DNA of 63,643 nt, filler included, from Octopus bimaculoides (lineage: Eukaryota): assembly GCF_001194135.2 (NCBI RefSeq). It is 5 parts of 5 records of this genome, joined end to end, with 100 filler letters (N's around TTAATTAATTAA, not from the genome) between each part and the next. Parts side by side here need not be neighbours in the genome. Positions count along the whole stretch, not along the records: positions 1 to 25,058 come from NC_068989.1; positions 25,159 to 51,681 come from NC_068984.1; 3 more parts are not named here. The stretch is one strand, 5' to 3'. The notes under the pieces were generated by a model, which searched no databases, had not been told where the DNA came from, and was given only the letters and a program-made list of their open reading frames with translations. Each line of letters begins with the position of its first letter. Position 1 is the first letter of the stretch. The position numbers and the translations under genes are program-made. Below, piece by piece: positions 24,760-38,453 of this stretch.

Positions 24760-25058
24760 CATAGTTTAGTAGTGAGACAGTTGCAGGAGAAATACCTAGC
24801 TAAGGATAAACCTCTGTACCTGGCTTTCGTTGACATGGAGAAAGCCTTTGACAGGGTCCCCCGATCCCTTATCTGGTGGTCAATGAGGAAACTTGGGATA
24901 GAAGAATGGTTAGTGAGAGCTGTGCGAGCCATGTACAGAGATGCTGCCAGTAAGGTGAGGGTTGGAAATGAGTACAGCAATGAATTCCGGGTAGAGGTAG
25001 GGGTCCACCAAGGTTCCGTCCTCAGCCGCCTATTATTTACCATAGTCCTCCAGGCAAT
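24760..25058 (+). mobile_element. RTE (BovB-like) reverse transcriptase fragment, cut at an assembly join
   Basis: LYLAFVDMEKAFDRVPR and VGVHQGSVLS are RT motifs. Confidence 0.93.
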
Positions 25059-25158
25059 NNNNNNNNNNNNNNNNNNNNNNNNNNNNNNNNNNNNNNNNNN
25101 NNTTAATTAATTAANNNNNNNNNNNNNNNNNNNNNNNNNNNNNNNNNNNNNNNNNNNN
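25059..25158. other. Assembly join spacer N44-TTAATTAATTAA-N44
   Basis: Identical 100-bp spacers at 25059-25158, 51682-51781, 56635-56734 and 61069-61168. Confidence 0.93.
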
Positions 25159-25159
25159 G

Positions 25160-25195
<36 letters not shown>

Positions 25196-25369
25196 GGCGA
25201 GTGACTTAGGGGTTAGGGTATTCTACTCACGATTTTATGGTCCTGAGTTCAATTCCCAGCGACGCGTTGGTTCCTTGAGCAAGACACTTTATTTCACGTT
25301 GCTCCAATCCACTCAGTTGGCAAAACTGAGCAGTACCTGTATTTGAAATGGCCAGCGTTGTCACAAGCT

Positions 25370-26015
25370 GACGAGATCCACCAAATTCATAGACTATAAA
25401 GCATGTGTCTTCAGCACCTTGCTATACGGCGGTGAGACCTGGATTCTTTACGTCAGACAAGAGCGTAGCCCGAAAGCCTTCCATCTGCTCAACCTTCGGA
25501 ATATTCTCGGGTCAAGTGGAAGGACGGCATCACCAGCAGCGAGATATTTACCCATTTCCAGCTATTAACTACTCTCACACCGCTACTTTGGCAACGCCGT
25601 CTCTGCTGTCAGGGACACGTACACCGGATTCCTGATGGTAGGTTACCGAAAAATACACTGTAAGGGGAGCCAGTCTCCGGCAGTCATGCTTGCGGATGGC
25701 CAGATCTCCGTTTCAAGGGTATCTGCAAACGTGACATGAAGGCCATGAGTGTGAATACCAAAACCTGGGAGAACATGGCAAAGACCGTTCCTGCTGGAGA
25801 TAGATGCTGAGTACCGACCCGAGGGAAGGATAAGGTCATATGTGTCAGACAGCAGAGGACAGACGAACCACCAACAAACGACCAACCGACCAACCACATT
25901 TGCGACCGTTGCAGTCGTGACTGTCACTCATGCATTTGCCTTGTCAGTCACAAGCGATATTGCAACACCAGTCCAATCCAATCCAAGGCGCATCCATAGT
26001 CTTTCGAGACTAACG
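25370..26015 (+). mobile_element. Decayed RTE (BovB-like) 3' region with Cys/His finger
   Basis: STLLYGGETW, GHVHRIPDGRLPK and CDRCSRDCHSCICLVSHKRYC across frameshifts. Confidence 0.85.
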
Positions 26016-26081
26016 GATGTCAATCTATGTATGTATGCATATGTATATCTATATCTATCTATATCTATCTATCTATCCATC

Positions 26082-26152
<71 letters not shown>

Positions 26153-27398
26153 GTGTATGTATGTATGTATGTATGTATGTATATGCACACACACACAATA
26201 TATGCCTACACACGTACGTACACATGCGTGTGCGTGTGTTTGTCCGTGTGTGTATGTGTGTATGTATGTGTGTGAGAGAGAGAGTGTGTGTGTATGTGTG
26301 TGTGCTTGTGCGTCTGCATGGTTATAGTGTACCGACGAAAAATTACCAAAATTACGCTTAAACAAGTTCGTCTGTAGTTATTTCATCTCATCTCCTGAAT
26401 AATGCAGTTTTAGAAACCAGTTTCTCTGCCGTAATTTCTGTTAAAATCCAATTTACCAGCCTTCGTCTCTTTTTTTTTTTATTTAAAAAATTTCCACTGC
26501 TGTTCTTGTCTTCCAAATTCCTTTCAAATCTCATTTGGTTCAGTGATTAATAAGATTCTACGGATGAAGAATGCCTTTTGTTGTATGAAGTTAAAAGCTT
26601 GGACAATTTAAACTCGATAATATTCGTCTTTGTGGTTAAAGAAAGAGATGTGAAACAATATTGAAAACAATTTTAAATTCTGTTACGTTTCAAACCGACG
26701 ACAGCAATAGTAAATTATTAAGTAGCAGCCATTGTTAAGCTATATTGTTCAAATTTATGATAGAATATCTCCAATTAACCAGAACAGTGATATAAAATTA
26801 ACTCAGGGAACAATAACTTCTCTTTGGTTTTATTCTAACCTCCATTTTATCACAAATGAATCTTTTTCAAACAGACTTAATATCGATTTAGTTAGATTTA
26901 GCTTAATTATGTTGTATAGTTAGTATTTTAATGTATTTTAATTTATTTATATATTTCTCTAATTCGGAAGGTGGATGAAACAATAAAAGTCAGAATAATA
27001 GATTTTCCGTTTCCCCTCACATTCTGCATTTTCATGCTTCAGTCTAGTTGAAATGAAACAAATCACTTCATGTATTTTACCCAGGTTTATGATTTATATT
27101 TCTTCTTTGACGAGGTCTGTATTGTAAATGTAATTTCAGTTTGAAAAAAAACATCATTCCCCATATGCATTGTAATTAGATCTCCCTCCATTTTAACGAT
27201 GAGTAAGCAGTTTTTCAATCAACGGAATCATTGCTCGCTGTATTATAAATCTAAGTTTCTGGGTATTGCACATCTACGTATAACATTAGCCCAAATCCTC
27301 AAATAATGACATCGTGACACAAACTGGGACAAACACGAACATTTTAAATGTAGATACGATCCACCTGAACAGATACACAGATATGTGTGTGTGTGTTT

Positions 27399-27480
<82 letters not shown>

Positions 27481-30400
27481 TGTAGTAATTACACTAGGTC
27501 TGTGCCTATGTTTTATGAAACTTTTTTTCATATGTCCCTGCTAGACCTCATGTTTAGTTTGGAGTTTTGGCGTCCCGAGCGTTTCCCACTTTTATCAGAG
27601 GCTAATAATGGCTAGTTTTTCCCTCGCTTTGCCGTAACTTGCAAAGCATCGTTAGAATATATTTTTATAATTGATAAAGTACGTCTTTGAAATTATACAG
27701 TATTTAAGTGTGGATTTAAAGATCGGAATCCAAATAAATGTGATTTGACGTGTGATGTATTTGTGTGTTGAGACTTGGTTTGTATTCTGCTAACAGGTTC
27801 CAGAGTTATTTAACCTATATTTGTTGAATTCTATATAAAATTGTAATACTACCAACTAATTCGACTACGAATAATAAAACTTTTTTCTTAATACATACTT
27901 AACCATTATCAAAGTGTTGTACATTCATTTCTGCTGTAAAAGTCGCAGTCATGAAGTGTATAACTTTAGAGTTTCTTTTTCAAATCTATGTATTGTATTC
28001 GGAGTCTGAAATACGTTTTATCGTTTGCTAGTTTGTAATTTCGACTTCATTAGAATGTTCTTTATTTTTTGGTGTTTTTGTATGATATGTTGTGCATTAT
28101 GAATCTGCGATTAGATGTGATATAGCCAGTTTGTCGTTTGAATCTTCTTTCTTTTAATAACATTTTGTTTATCTTTCCTGCAACAAGAGTGTATTTCATT
28201 TATTCTTATTTTTTTCGTAGTATAACCAGAGTTTGTTTCACTTTTGTAGTACAATAAATGCGTAGCTGCAAAATGTTTTGGATGTGGGATCCGCTGTATC
28301 AAAATGGACGTATTTGTTATTGCCTTGTTCTTTAAATTGCCATGTTGATCTTTGGACCCCAATTTTAAATTAACATGTCTTTTAACGTAAAGTTTCATTA
28401 TTCAATGAATGAAAGGTTTTTTTTCTATTTTATGTCTATGGTGATGTATATAATTTGATCGCGTTTATATCGGAATTTATTAGTTTTATGTACTGAGGTA
28501 CAATATGNNNNNNNNNNNNNNNNNNNNNNNNNNNNNNNNNNNNNNNNNNNNNNNNNNNNNNNNNNNNNNNNNNNNNNNNNNNNNNNNNNNNNNNNNNNNN
28601 NNNNNNNNNNNNNNNNNNNNNNNNNNNNNNNNNNNNNNNNNNNNNNNNNNNNNNNNNNNNNNNNNNNNNNNNNNNNNNNNNNNNNNNNNNNNNNNNNNNN
28701 NNNNNNNNNNNNNNNNNNNNNNNNNNNNNNNNNNNNNNNNNNNNNNNNNNNNNNNTTGATCGCGTTTATATCGGAATTTATTAGTTTTATGTACTGAGGT
28801 ACAATATGCTGTTCCTAATTCCCAAGTATATATCAAAATATTGGATGATGTTATGATCTGAATGTATATTTGAGCCACGTTGGATTGCATCTGTGAGGAT
28901 GGAAATATTTTCATTATCTTCTTTAAGTTCATCAGGTTGATAGACTTAATGCAAAACTGCAAAACTGTAAATGGCCGGGATGTAAATTTTTCTCCCACGA
29001 GAGTACCGGACCCCAGTAATCAACTCATTCACATACGTCCAATCAGAGCTCTCCTTGACCTTGTTGTCAAGTTAACAAACACACACTACCAAGTAAACTC
29101 ATGACGAAGAACGACCGATCGCCAAGCTATGCCTGATTTTAGAAGGAGACAAGTAATTAGATAGATTTGCATCTATACCTATTATCGGATTTTATTAGGG
29201 TCCCATGTGGTAAAGATGTAGATGGGGAAAATGTCGAGGGGAGAGGGTGATGTGTTAGCAACCCTCTCCACTTACTGCTTTAGAAAGTAAACAACAACAA
29301 AAATAACTACGCAGAGGCAGCCATGGTTGAAACAAGAACAAGAAAAACAAGCATTCTTAAAAGAAAAACGAAGCATGGTCATTCCTTACGCAAGTGACCT
29401 TATCTTATCGCCCATCACTTGTTATGCGCTCATAAATTAGTTTAATAGTTGAGCTCTGATTGGCTGCATGGAAAAGGGTTTCAGAACAGAGGTCTGGAAC
29501 TGTCATGGAAATTAAAATTTCGTGGCCGGGATGGTCATAGCTGGAATACCTTCGATCACAAGTTTCGTCAGTCGGGCCTTACATGGACCTAAACAACACG
29601 AAAAGGAAATCTAGCGTAGTGCTTCCAAGCAAAGGTTTGAGACATTGGATTTTATCGAAGAAGTTGTAGAACTATTTCTGTAGTGTTGTTATCAGAGTTT
29701 CCTAAATATATTCGGTTTTCGATAACATCCGTAAAAATATATTATAGAGAAAATGCCTGCAGCTCATACGCAAACATGACCAACTAACGAAATCCACATC
29801 GGCTTATGGTGCATAACCTTATGACCTCTGACTTTCTAAGCTACACGATGGGTTTTGGATTTCTACCAGCAGTATATATATGTACAGAATGAGAGAGAGA
29901 GGGGGGAGAGAGGGAGAGAGAGACAGAGAGAGAGAGAGAGAAACTGAAGGAAATCATAGAACACAATGTGCTCTCTCCTCCGCTCTCTCTTCGCCCTTTC
30001 TCACTTTCACCCACTCTAACTCGGTTACATTTACAGATACTCTTTTCTTCTCCCGTCTCTCTTTTACTCTGTTTCCTATTATGTACTTTTAAATATTATA
30101 AAATAATAGGAGGCGTTTAGACGTCCATAATAATGTATGCCGTTACATACATGCACATCTGAAAATGAAATTATCATGTAGCCGTATGAAACGGTATCAG
30201 AAATTGCAGCCATTTTATTTCTAAATAATAAGGAGAATAACTGAGAGGAGTTAAAAGAACAAGAAAAGGAACTAAAAAGAAGAAAGGGCGGGAGAGAGAA
30301 TATAAATTAAATATACCATATTTCAGAAAACTTTATTAGTCAACAAAGAGATTAAGTGTATGCCTATAGCGATATTACGGTGGAATAAGATTTAATACGA

Positions 30401-30526
30401 AAATTATTAGATGTTTGTAGGTTTGAGTAATTTATTGTGGTGGCCAAGCTTGATTCTCAGTGTAATTTCTTTCCTTAATATTGAGATATATGAATCTATC
30501 TATCTATTATCTATTACCTGTCTATA

Positions 30527-30557
<31 letters not shown>

Positions 30558-33500
30558 NNNNNNNNNNNNNNNNNNNNNNNNNNNNNNNNNNNNNNNNNNN
30601 NNNNNNNNNNNNNNNNNNNNNNNNNNNNNNNNNNNNNNNNNNNNNNNNNNNNNNNNNNNNNNNNNNNNNNNNNNNNNNNNNNNNNNNNNNNNNNNNNNNN
30701 NNNNNNNNNNNNNNNNNNNNNNNNNNNNNNNNNNNNNNNNNNNNNNNNNNNNNNNNNNNNNNNNNNNNNNNNNNNNNNNNNNNNNNNNNNNNNNNNNNNN
30801 NNNNNNNNNNNNNNNNNNNNNNNNNNNNNNNNNNNNNNNNNNNNNNNNNNNNNNNNNNNNNNNNNNNNNNNNNNNNNNNNNNNNNNNNNNNNNNNNNNNN
30901 NNNNNNNNNNNNNNNNNNNNNNNNNNNNNNNNNNNNNNNNNNNNNNNNNNNNNNNNNNNNNNNNNNNNNNNNNNNNNNNNNNNNNNNNNNNNNNNNNNNN
31001 NNNNNNNNNNNNNNNNNNNNNNNNNNNNNNNNNNNNNNNNNNNNNNNNNNNNNNNNNNNNNNNNNNNNNNNNNNNNNNNNNNNNNNNNNNNNNNNNNNNN
31101 NNNNNNNNNNNNNNNNNNNNNNNNNNNNNNNNNNNNNNNNNNNNNNNNNNNNNNNNNNNNNNNNNNNNNNNNNNNNNNNNNNNNNNNNNNNNNNNNNNNN
31201 NNNNNNNNNNNNNNNNNNNNNNNNNNNNNNNNNNNNNNNNNNNNNNNNNNNNNNNNNNNNNNNNNNNNNNNNNNNNNNNNNNNNNNNNNNNNNNNNNNNN
31301 NNNNNNNNNNNNNNNNNNNNNNNNNNNNNNNNNNNNNNNNNNNNNNNNNNNNNNNNNNNNNNNNNNNNNNNNNNNNNNNNNNNNNNNNNNNNNNNNNNNN
31401 NNNNNNNNNNNNNNNNNNNNNNNNNNNNNNNNNNNNNNNNNNNNNNNNNNNNNNNNNNNGAGAGGGAGAAAGAGAGACACTGAGAGACAGACAGGCAGGC
31501 GGACAGACAGAGAAAGAGGAACATACATAGACAAATAGAGGGAAAATATGATAAACCTCAGATGCGGTGTAGAAGATTTGTTCCCGAGACACGCGCCAGC
31601 ATTAAGGCTGTTGGCATCGTCTGCGCACTGGGTGTTCGTAGATTATATGGATGCTGATCGACAACATTTCTTCAGGGGAATAATTAATTAAATTATGTTA
31701 ACAATAAAACTAATCCTGAGGTTATCATATCTTTCTTTATGCTTCCTCTCTGTATCATAACTGTAACATAAGTGAATAGGATAGTATCCACATCATTTTA
31801 TTGGAAGTAAACTCTGATGCTTTATGTGGTTCTGTAACTTTAATAGCAAGAGTCGGGCATCTAACTGTATTCACTGCACATAATTTATTTATTTATGTGT
31901 TCCAGTTATGCTGGTGCACCACCGTGAGGTATATATATATTGCGATGGATTTTCTCATCGAAGACGACGTATGAGCGTTCGGTTTTGTCGTATGACCTGC
32001 ACGAATGATTCGTTCATTGTGATCAAATGTTCGTGCCGCACATTAGCTCACTCTCTTCAGAAAACTGATGTCACCTGCACTGGAGCACTGTCTGCCGCGC
32101 ATCAAGTGCCGCAGTGATCGCAGAGCAACGTGAGGTGAAGTGTTTTGCTCAAGACATAACGCACCACCCGGTCTAGGAATTGAAAGCACGATTTCACGAT
32201 CTTCAGTGCAACACCCTTACTACAAAGCCATGCGCCCTTGATGTGTGTGTGTGTATATATATATATATATCGATTTGGGATTTGGTTTGCAAGATTCTTT
32301 ATGTGAGTTCGTGTGTTGAAGCATATTGTGTTGTGACTGGGGAGAGTCATTCTCTTTTGGTGCCTTATAATATAATACACACACCGGTAAAATTTCCACT
32401 TATTTCATTTTTATTTTTTTAATTTATTTTCTTTATTTTTTATCAAAAACAAATAATTGGAAATTTTACCNNNNNNNNNNNNNNNNNNNNNNNNNNNNNN
32501 NNNNNNNNNNNNNNNNNNNNNNNNNNNNNNNNNNNNNNNNNNNNNNNNNNNNNNNNNNNNNNNNNNNNNNNNNNNNNNNNNNNNNNNNNNNNNNNNNNNN
32601 NNNNNNNNNNNNNNNNNNNNNNNNNNNNNNNNNNNNNNNNNNNNNNNNNNNNNNNNNNNNNNNNNNNNNNNNNNNNNNNNNNNNNNNNNNNNNNNNNNNN
32701 NNNNNNNNNNNNNNNNNNNNNNNNNNNNNNNNNNNNNNNNNNNNNNNNNNNNNNNNNNNNNNNNNNNNNNNNNNNNNNNNNNNNNNNNNNNNNNNNNNNN
32801 NNNNNNNNNNNNNNNNNNNNNNNNNNNNNNNNNATATATATATATATGCATGCATGTGTGTGTGTGTGTCTGTGTGGCATTGTCTGTGTGGCATTGTCTG
32901 TGTGTCTGTCTCTGTGTGTGCCTGTGGGGGGAGTGTCCTAGGTATGATTTGAAACTGCGCAACGGTAATGGGTTTGTGGTTTGTGAGTTTTAGGGCGTGA
33001 AGAACCATCACTTAGCCACTACTATTCCCAGGTCTTCTACTCTGACCCTAAGTAGCAGCACCTATCAACGTTCCAGCTGCGGGTTTTAGCAGCCTAGCAT
33101 ATACGAGACAATGCATCTGAGTGTGGAAATGCAGAACTACTCTTAGTTGGTGTCAGAGCGCGCAGTAAAGCCATTGGAAACGAGGAACCCCTAGCTGTTG
33201 GAGAGTATCTTCCTAGCAGATGGACACTCTAATGTAAAGTCCGCGGTTTCATTTGATTACTGACCACATGCATTCAACCTATCAATACGTAGTAATCAGA
33301 AATTTAGAGAGTGGTGCAAATGTTTATCCTTATAATCTAATGACGTACAAATGTCCCTTTATGGCAACCTCGTTTAGTATTCCATCTACTGAGAGTCCTA
33401 TGGCATTGACAGAGTGGCAATGTGTGCAAGCCTAACAAATTGGAAGCGCATATTAAGTTACAACTCTCGCCTGTTTCCTTTGCTTCGAACCATTTGAATC

Positions 33501-34448
33501 ACTGCAGCGAGATTTGAGAGCGATCTGAGCGGTCAAGTACGGAAGTTAGTAATACAAATGATAACGAGGAAGCAGAAGGAAACGGCAGTCAAATGTGAAG
33601 TTGGAGCAATTACCAGACACACACGCTTACAAACATACGTACACAAACACACAAACACACACACACATACACATATACATATAGTTAATTCCAATAAACA
33701 AACAATTAAAAAGTAGAGAAAAAATAAATGAACGAACCTGAGGACGTGGAGAAGAAATGAATTAATTAGAATCTCGGTGAAGGGGAAGAGTAATTATTAA
33801 CGTTTCGAGCATAGCTCTTCGTCGCAAACAGGAAAATTCCCGAAAGAAAGGAGGAAAAGATAAGGAAAAATCGAAAACACTCCACGTGCGGTTACATTAC
33901 TGAAGTATATATACATGNNNNNNNNNNNNNNNNNNNNNNNNNNNNNNNNNNNNNNNNNNNNNNNNNNNNNNNNNNNNNNNNNNNNNNNNNNNNNNNNNNN
34001 NNNNNNNNNNNNNNNNNNNNNNNNNNNNNNNNNNNNNNNNNNNNNNNNNNNNNNNNNNNNNNNNNNNNNNNNNNNNNNNNNNNNNNNNNNNNNNNNNNNN
34101 NNNNNNNNNNNNNNNNNNNNNNNNNNNNNNNNNNNNNNNNNNNNNNNNNNNNNNNNNNNNNNNNNNNNNNNNNNNNNNNNNNNNNNNNNNNNNNNNNNNN
34201 NNNNNNNNNNNNNNNNNNNNNNNNNNNNNNNNNNNNNNNNNNNNNNNNNNNNNNNNNNNNNNNNNNNNNNNNNNNNNNNNNNNNNNNNNNNNNNNNNNNN
34301 NNNNNNNNNNNNNNNNNNNNNNNNNNNNNNNNNNNNNNNNNNNNNNNNNNNNNNNNNNNNNNNNNNNNATATATATATATATATACATACATACACACAC
34401 ACATATATATGTATATATTTATATGTGTGTATGTGTGCATGCGCGAGT

Positions 34449-34488
<40 letters not shown>

Positions 34489-35620
34489 CGTATCGAAGTT
34501 GAAGCTGGAAATATGAAATTCTAATAACTTGGTGTGAGTTGCCAGTTCGCATAACCATATATCTCATCCTTTGACAGCGATTCTCAGCATTTCCTCTATA
34601 GAAGGGTTGATAGCTACCAAACATACAGGTGGACATTTTTCATCCTAGGCCCATCTCTGTAAAGTTCATGTAATCAAACCGGCAGCTGACGTGCAATATG
34701 TCTACTCATACTGTGATACCAACGATTTTTAAGGGAATGATATCGCCCATGCAACTTGGTCTTTAGTCACTTTCGAAACATAAAGCTTAAAAGGCATATT
34801 TCATCCGTTGCTTCAAGAAGTGTACCAGTCCACTACATGGAGCAGGTGATATATGTATCGATGCAGAGAGAGAGAGAGTGTGTGTGTGCAACGTAAGATT
34901 GAAGCCCAAGACACATTGGCCCTTAACTAATAGCGTAAGGTAAATTTATCTGACAGGGTCGATGTAATCGACTTACACTTCCCCTCAAATTGCTATCCTT
35001 GAGCCAAAATTTATTCTACATATATGCCGAAAGGTTACAAAACTTTTAGCACCCTAGGCGAAATGTTTGTCGATCTTTCATCCGTCTTCACGTTCTGGGT
35101 TCAAACTTGGCTGAAGTCGACTTTGACTTTCATGCTTTGGGATCGATAAAATAAGTACCAGTTGAACACTGGGATCGTTGTAATCGAAATACTCCCTCAC
35201 CTAAAATTTCTAGATTTGTGCCAAAATTTGTAATTGATTTTTATAGTTAGAAATGTAATCCACGTATAATCCTCGAACTGTATTCCAATAGGAGGTTCAT
35301 TTGTCGCTCTTTTAATCTCTCGATACTGTAATGTGTGTTCAGAATGTTCACTATATCCAACAGTTGTTCTTCGTACGGTCCAATATTTTTCTGTACGGGA
35401 CATGAAGAATCTGATATATGCGGGCTTTCATAGCGAACCCATAAAGCCTCTGGTTTTATAAAGTAAACTTCTTGACAGCGGAGTTCTTTTACTGTACAGG
35501 AATCCCTGTTACGTTTCAAAACCTTACACAGAAATAATTAAAATCTAAAAAAGTATAAATACTTATCAGCCGCAGAGAGCCGCGATGTACTGAGGAGTCC
35601 GCGATATAAATTCACATATA

Positions 35621-35857
35621 TAGGGTGGCCTAAAAGTAGGTTTACAGTTATTCAACTGTCGCTTTCGCATTTGTATATTAACAGTTTAGATCTTAATTAT
35701 AAAAAAAAATATGAAACCATTATTCTATGGTAGTTTAGTTCATTTTGTCAAGCTCCTTTTTCAGTTTGTGTGACAGAAATTTAAATGTAATATTATGTTT
35801 TGAGAGAAATTTGAAGTGCCTACGTGATAACTGTAAACCTACTTTTGGGTCACCCTG
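35621..35857. mobile_element. Tc1/mariner-type MITE
   Basis: 30-bp TIRs (c/t)agggtg(a/g)cc(c/t)aaaagtaggtttacagtta, 27/30 identical, at 35621-35650 and 35828-35857; TA on both flanks. Confidence 0.9.
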
Positions 35858-36361
35858 TATTAGCCAGAAAAATCGGCGATGTACTGGGTGCGTGATAGGT
35901 GAACCGCGATATGGCGACGTATTACTGTGTATGATATTAATATGTTAGCTGCTAGAATGACTGGATTTACTACAGAAGGGTGTCTACACATTATATTATT
36001 CTGTAACTACTGTTACTGAGATTAGAAATTACTAGCAATGCCTTGATGAAGGTAACTAATACCAACGCAAACAAAATATTTCAGCGGTAAAAATCTTTTC
36101 TTAGAAGAGTACCAATATTCTCTTCTGAAAGGCAGTCACTATATACATGAACTTTCATAAAGCATACACTACACAATAATAGATATTCTAAGACGAAATC
36201 AAGGAAAAATAGAAACGAAATATAAATAAAACAGATCTAGGGAAAACACTCAAACTTTACACAAAGTGCATTAAATGAATCAGTAGTATATTCGCAATAG
36301 AGGAACGAAGCTGGTTTCTGAAGAACCATCGCATGAGAGTACACTCAGTCCCTCATTCACA

Positions 36362-36405
<44 letters not shown>

Positions 36406-36566
36406 CGCACACACACGCACGCACGCACGCATATACACACGCATACGTGTATATATATATATATATATATATATACATTCCCACATACATGTCACACTTA
36501 CATACGCAATGATTTTTAAAATTATATATATATATTTGTATTATATATATATATTTGTATTATATT

Positions 36567-36650
<84 letters not shown>

Positions 36651-36651
36651 T

Positions 36652-36690
<39 letters not shown>

Positions 36691-36792
36691 TAGATATAGA
36701 TATATACATACATATATGTATACCTATATGCTTGTGTGTTAGTGTGTGTGTCTGTATGTGTATATGTGAGTACCTAGAGTTGCATTTTATAC

Positions 36793-36824
<32 letters not shown>

Positions 36825-38113
36825 CAGGGTATGTGTGTGCGTGTGTGTGAAGTGTATGTGTATGCGAATATATATGTATATATGTATTCTCGTGTGCATG
36901 TATGTATACATATTAAGTTGTAATTTCTTTCAAGCCTCATATTAATCATAGTAGAGTTTCTAAAAATTGCTAGCCCGCCGGAAACTGTAGACGAGGGAAA
37001 AATTATTACATGGTTTTAGATGAATAAATATAAACATGAGAAAACTTCAGTCGCAGTCATTCATTTATCAATAAGTTTGTGGGCGAATGACTGGGGCATC
37101 GTATATAAATTGCCTCATTATAATAGCTCCTGTGCATATATGATATATGCAGATGTGATCCGAGCTATTTTTATAATGGCAGTAGAAACCTTCACATATC
37201 TGCCTATCATAGCATTTCTTTATTAACCAGGACATCAGTTCGAGCCTGTAATGATACATGAAATACCACCGGAAAAAATGACAAGCCAATACAAAATAAA
37301 TGACATTTTATCAGTGGTTTTCAGTGATCTGTTTATTCACTTTCTTTAGAGAGATTTTCTAGACTACGTAACTACTTGGCAATTTCCAATTTAATTCGCT
37401 ACTCAAGCCTGAGTCATTTTTCTTTTTTCTTACTTGTTTACAACTTCCGGTTAATTGGAGCGGAAGATGTTTAATAGCTTCCCCTGAACAAACTTCAGTT
37501 CCAGGATGGCATTTCATGGTTTGTCTGACATAAGACCGCTATTACGCTTCTATGTAAGTAGCAGATGTTAGATTAAAACGGAATTAAACGAACGTTTAAT
37601 TACAGATATTCTTTGTGACGATTATATATCTGAGACAATGTATAGAAAATATTTTAACGTAAATAACTGATTAAAAATCTTAAATGTTTCAACACCTTTT
37701 AAACTTTATGAAAGGGTGAGTGACTTCCATGTTACAGAAATGCATAGAAACTTTACACATACAGACAGCACCAAATACATACACATAAACTCATATGTGT
37801 ATAGATATTTTAGTAATACCTATATACGATTTTATATATATATATATACACATACATGCACATACATAGATACAAACATACATACGTACGTACATACATA
37901 CATACATACATACATATGTTGGACCTTTGAACTCTGTTCTTTTCCCTCTCTGTGTTTTTTTTTTTAATTCTCTCTCCATTTTTTCTCTCTTATTCCTTTC
38001 TACCGAAGAACGTAAGCTCGAAACGTAAAAGATCTTTCCATTTTTCACGAGCGTCAAATTAATACACCTGTTTGGTGTTCCTACATCTGTCTTCGTCTTT
38101 TTCTGTAAATTTG

Positions 38114-38159
<46 letters not shown>

Positions 38160-38421
38160 NNNNNNNNNNNNNNNNNNNNNNNNNNNNNNNNNNNNNNNNN
38201 NNNNNNNNNNNNNNNNNNNNNNNNNNNNNNNNNNNNNNNNNNNNNNNNNNNNNNNNNNNNNNNNNNNNNNNNNNNNNNNNNNNNNNNNNNNNNNNNNNNN
38301 NNNNNNNNNNNNNNNNNNNNNNNNNNNNNNNNNNNNNNNNNNNNNNNNNNNNNNNNNNNNNNNNNNNNNNNNNNNNNNNNNNNNNNNNNNNNNNNNNNNN
38401 NNNNNNNNNNNNNNNNNNNNN

Positions 38422-38453
<32 letters not shown>

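Noticed and set aside
28455-28809. Approximately 52-bp direct repeat on both sides of an N gap
   Set aside because: Typical unmerged contig overlap; cannot be distinguished from an assembly artefact.
29039-29463. Perfect 13-bp inverted repeat ccaatcagagctc / gagctctgattgg
   Set aside because: One 13-bp match within about 500 bp is roughly expected by chance in 63 kb; no TSD or extended TIR.
31545-32110. GC-richer blocks with short open frames and a possible 23-nt micro-exon at about 31906-31928
   Set aside because: No recognisable protein motif or phase-consistent exon chain; left unannotated.
36041-36070. ttgatga-a-GGTA/TACC-aacgc hammerhead-like remnant
   Set aside because: Both conserved boxes are broken (no CUGA, no GAAA); too decayed to call.
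37020-37226. Hydrophobic ORF with a GPCR-like IMAVETF motif
   Set aside because: Cys-to-motif spacing does not fit TM3, it stops early, and no supporting exons were found.
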